IMG/VR virus record: IMGVR_UViG_3300028886_000061
Location: 73,635 to 113,809 of that record
Reading direction: 5' to 3' (one strand)
Length of the DNA: 40,175 bases
DNA from: a virus
Lineage: Duplodnaviria; Heunggongvirae; Uroviricota; Caudoviricetes
The position numbers were made by a program, and so were the translations under genes. The notes below the pieces were generated by a model. The model did not search any database, was not told the DNA's origin, and was given only the letters and a program-made list of their open reading frames with translations. Of the stretch, positions 37,119 to 40,175 are shown one piece after another (the stretch's first letter is position 1; the number at the start of each line of letters is the position of its first letter).

Positions 37119-40100
37119 TTATTCTATTGGTATCTCGACCCATTTATTTTCTTCAAAGAATCCTACCCACTCATTTGCAACGCTTTTGGGTATTGCAACA
37201 GCAAGTTTTCCGTCACGATCCACAACCACTGGTAAGAAACTCCATTCTGCACCAGATTCAGGTATCCATCCATTTACTGGTCGATCAGCAAAATATCCGG
37301 GATCCTTATATTTGAATGTGACATCCGCAAATTCTGTTGGTATTACCAATCCAGCGTGTACATTTTCGTCAGTTGCCCAACCAGTTGTTACTACGCTGCC
37401 ACCGCCACCAGCAGGACCTTGGATACCTTGTGGACCTTGAGTACCACTACCGCCGCCACCAGCAGGACCTTGGATACCTTGAATGGTTACGAGGTAATCA
37501 TTACCATTAGGACCTGTTATACCAGACCATGCGGCACCATACACCTGTACGCCAACAGTACCAACATTACCTTGTGGACCTTGAAGTGCAGATCCTGGAG
37601 TGCCTTTAGCACCTTGGTTACCTTGAGTACCACATGTGCCTCGTGGACCTTGTGCAGTCGCAGATTGTCCAACAGTACCCTTGGTACCTGTATAACCAGT
37701 ATCACCTTTGGTACCATTCCAGTTGTTACCAGCATCACCAGTGTCTCCGTTATGACCAACATTACCAACATTACCTTGATACGATTTACCATTCTCACCC
37801 TGTGCACCTTGGTTACCTTGAGTACCACGTGTACCACGAGTACCTTGAGATGCAGCTGATGTACCTTTAGTACCCTTGGATCCTGTATAACCGGTATCAC
37901 CTTTGGTACCATTCCAATCGTTACCTCTATCACCACCAGGGCCAGCACCGGAATATTTATCACCTTGAGTGCCCTGATATGAAGTACCTGTACCACCCTG
38001 TGCACCTTGGTTACCTTGGGTACCACGTGTACCACGAACACCCTGAGATGCCGCGCTTGTACCTTTAGTACCCTTGGAACCTACATAACCTGTATCACCT
38101 TTGGTACCATTCCAGTCAATACCTCTATCACCACCGGTTGCGGTTGTAGAGTTCTTATCACCCTGGGTACCTTGATATGAAGTACCTACACTACCTTGTG
38201 CACCTTGGTTACCTTGGGTACCACGTGTACCACGAACACCCTGGGAGGCAGCGCTTGTGCCTTTAGTACCTTTAGAGCCTACATAACCTGTATCACCTTT
38301 AGTACCATTCCAATTGTTACCTGCATCACCGGTAGGACCAGCACCGGAATATTTATCACCTTGGGTACCTTGAGTATTGGTACCTATATTACCCTGTGCA
38401 CCTTGGTTGCCTTGAGTACCGCGTGTACCACGAGCACCTTGAGTTGGTGTAGTACCCTTCGTACCCTTGGAGCCTACGTAACCGGTATCACCTTTGGTAC
38501 CATTCCGGTTATCACCTGGATCGCCAGTAAGTGCTGATTGCTGAGGACCACTACCTTGTGTACCTTGGGTATTGGTACCTATATTACCCTGTGCACCTTG
38601 ATTACCTTGAGTACCACGTGTACCACGAGCACCCTGAGTTGGTGTAGTACCTTTAGTACCCTTGGAGCCTACATAACCGGTTTCGCCATTAGTACCGTTC
38701 CAATTGTTACCTGCATCACCGGTAGGACCAGCACCGGAATATTTACCACCTTGAGTGCCCTGGTATGAAGTACCTGTACCACCCTGTGCACCTTGGTTAC
38801 CTTGGGTACCACGTGTACCACGAACACCCTGAGATGCTGCGCTTGTACCTTTAGTACCCTTGGATCCTGTATAACCGGTATCACCTTTGGTACCATTCCA
38901 ATCAATACCTCTATCACCACCAGGACCGGCACCGGAATATTTATCACCTTGAGTACCTTGATATGAAGTACCTGTACCGCCCTGTGCACCTTGGTTACCT
39001 TGAGTACCACGTGTACCACGGACACCCTGGGAGGCGGCGCTTGTACCTTTAGTACCCTTGGAGCCTACGTAACCTGTTTCACCGTTGGTACCATTCCAAT
39101 CGTTACCCCTATCACCAGAAAGTGCTGATTGCTGAGGGCCACCACCTTGGGTGCCTTGATATGAAGTACCTGTACCACCCTGTGCACCTTGGTTACCTTG
39201 AGTACCACGTGTACCACGAACACCCTGAGAGGCAGCGTTTGTACCCTTTGTGCCCTTGGAGCCTACATAACCTGTTTCACCTTTGGTGCCATTCCAGTTA
39301 TTACCAGCATCACCAACAGGGCCAGCACCAGAATATTTATCACCTTGGGTACCTTGAGTATTGGTACCTATATTACCCTGTGCACCTTGGTTACCTTGAG
39401 TACCACGTGTACCACGAACACCCTGAGTTGGTGTAGTACCTTTAGTACCCTTGGATCCTACGTAACCGGTATCGCCTTTGGTACCATTCCAGTTATCACC
39501 TGGATCACCAGAAAGTGCCGATTGTTGAGGACCACTACCTTGTGTGCCTTGAGTATTGGTACCTATATTACCCTGTGCACCTTGATTACCTTGGGTACCA
39601 CGTGTACCTTTAGCTCCTTGAGTAGCTGTTGTACCTTTAGTACCCTTGGATCCTACGTAACCGGTATCACCATTAGTACCGGAATAGTCATCACCTTTAT
39701 CACCTGGAGTAGCTGTGGTTGTATTCTTATCTCCCTGAGTACCCTGAAGTGTGGCACCTATACCACCCTGTGCACCTTGGTTACCTTGAGTACCTTTGGT
39801 ACCACGAGCACCTTGAGCAGCTGTTGTACCTTTAGTACCCTTTGAACCTTGATCACCAGTACTACCAGTTGTACCTGTAAAGTTATCACCAGTATCACCG
39901 GTATTACCATTATCTCCCTTATCTCCCTGTGTACCTTGTGATCCTAAAGTACCTTGAATACCTTGAGCACCTTGGTTACCTTGAGTACCTTTAGTACCCT
40001 GGATACCTTGAGTACCCTTGGTACCTTCAGTACCGTGAGTTCCTTGATCACCTTGGAGTCCGTATGTTCCTTGGTCGCCCTGAACACCCTTATCACCTTC

Positions 40101-40175
40101 GGTACCGTTCTGACCTTGGTCACCTTGTGTGCCTTGGGTTCCTTGGTCGCCTTGGAGACCTTGGATTCCTTGTAT
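37119..40175 (-). CDS. Collagen-like fibre protein, at least 1018 aa, 5' end beyond the window; interrupted Gly-X-Y repeats and a short non-collagen C-terminal domain
   Basis: The frame of track ORF 37119..37544 is the Gly-X-Y frame at every point checked up to 40175 (IQGIQGLQGDQG). The track start is only an internal GTG (Val). Confidence 0.9.
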   Translation of the reverse strand: MQGIQGLQGDQGTQGTQGDQGQNGTEGDKGVQGDQGTYGLQGDQGTHGTEGTKGTQGIQGTKGTQGNQGAQGIQGTLGSQGTQGDKGDNGNTGDTGDNFTGTTGSTGDQGSKGTKGTTAAQGARGTKGTQGNQGAQGGIGATLQGTQGDKNTTTATPGDKGDDYSGTNGDTGYVGSKGTKGTTATQGAKGTRGTQGNQGAQGNIGTNTQGTQGSGPQQSALSGDPGDNWNGTKGDTGYVGSKGTKGTTPTQGVRGTRGTQGNQGAQGNIGTNTQGTQGDKYSGAGPVGDAGNNWNGTKGETGYVGSKGTKGTNAASQGVRGTRGTQGNQGAQGGTGTSYQGTQGGGPQQSALSGDRGNDWNGTNGETGYVGSKGTKGTSAASQGVRGTRGTQGNQGAQGGTGTSYQGTQGDKYSGAGPGGDRGIDWNGTKGDTGYTGSKGTKGTSAASQGVRGTRGTQGNQGAQGGTGTSYQGTQGGKYSGAGPTGDAGNNWNGTNGETGYVGSKGTKGTTPTQGARGTRGTQGNQGAQGNIGTNTQGTQGSGPQQSALTGDPGDNRNGTKGDTGYVGSKGTKGTTPTQGARGTRGTQGNQGAQGNIGTNTQGTQGDKYSGAGPTGDAGNNWNGTKGDTGYVGSKGTKGTSAASQGVRGTRGTQGNQGAQGSVGTSYQGTQGDKNSTTATGGDRGIDWNGTKGDTGYVGSKGTKGTSAASQGVRGTRGTQGNQGAQGGTGTSYQGTQGDKYSGAGPGGDRGNDWNGTKGDTGYTGSKGTKGTSAASQGTRGTRGTQGNQGAQGENGKSYQGNVGNVGHNGDTGDAGNNWNGTKGDTGYTGTKGTVGQSATAQGPRGTCGTQGNQGAKGTPGSALQGPQGNVGTVGVQVYGAAWSGITGPNGNDYLVTIQGIQGPAGGGGSGTQGPQGIQGPAGGGGSVVTTGWATDENVHAGLVIPTEFADVTFKYKDPGYFADRPVNGWIPESGAEWSFLPVVVDRDGKLAVAIPKSVANEWVGFFEENKWVEIPIE
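37600..39950 (-). repeat. About 12 tandem 195/198-bp coding repeats (65-66 aa) inside the collagen gene
   Basis: The WN-GT anchor or its variants recur at 37710, 37905, 38103, 38301, 38496, 38691, 38889, 39087, 39285, 39480, 39675 and 39870; every spacing is 195 or 198. Confidence 0.9.

Noticed and set aside
37127-39845. Track ORFs in other frames over the collagen gene (e.g. 37517..38041, 38196..38537, 39189..39845) and 37119..37544 as a separate gene
   Set aside because: These are off-frame or antisense shadows of the repeat; 37544 is an internal GTG of the long ORF.
37600-39950. CRISPR array or non-coding satellite
   Set aside because: Periods are all multiples of 3 and encode Gly-X-Y in one frame; there is no repeat/unique-spacer structure and no cas genes.
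1-40175. Stop-codon reassignment (TAG to Gln as in Lak and some crAss-like phages)
   Set aside because: Long genes are intact in the standard code, and TAG ends genes at tight junctions (18792, 24091, 30327, 33464).

Overview
This window is a 40-kb segment of a large T4-like (jumbo myovirus-type) phage genome using the standard genetic code. The host is probably Bacteroidota, inferred from TAnnTTTG-like promoters, A-rich leaders and a DUF6549-like gene. Recognisable core genes are the large terminase, portal (gp20-like), DNA end protector (gp2-like), tail tube (gp19-like), the gp46/gp47 nuclease pair, a sigma70-type factor, an NAD-dependent epimerase, two glycosidase-like beta-propellers and a >1000-aa interrupted collagen fibre. 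Most core genes lie on the minus strand, interrupted by plus-strand islands of small genes that start at a conserved 37-bp promoter. The main finding is a fractured terminase: terL is broken inside its Walker A motif by an atypically split intein (75-aa IntN, 136-aa IntC), and two different free-standing homing endonuclease genes lie between the halves, so active TerL should need protein trans-splicing. Other signals are a three-copy palindrome family with compensatory changes and a conserved loop, a sigma factor with a T4 capsid-targeting-like N-terminus, a Lar/WYL-like out-of-frame junction, and several real ORFs missing from the supplied track. All family assignments come from motif recognition by eye, not database searches.
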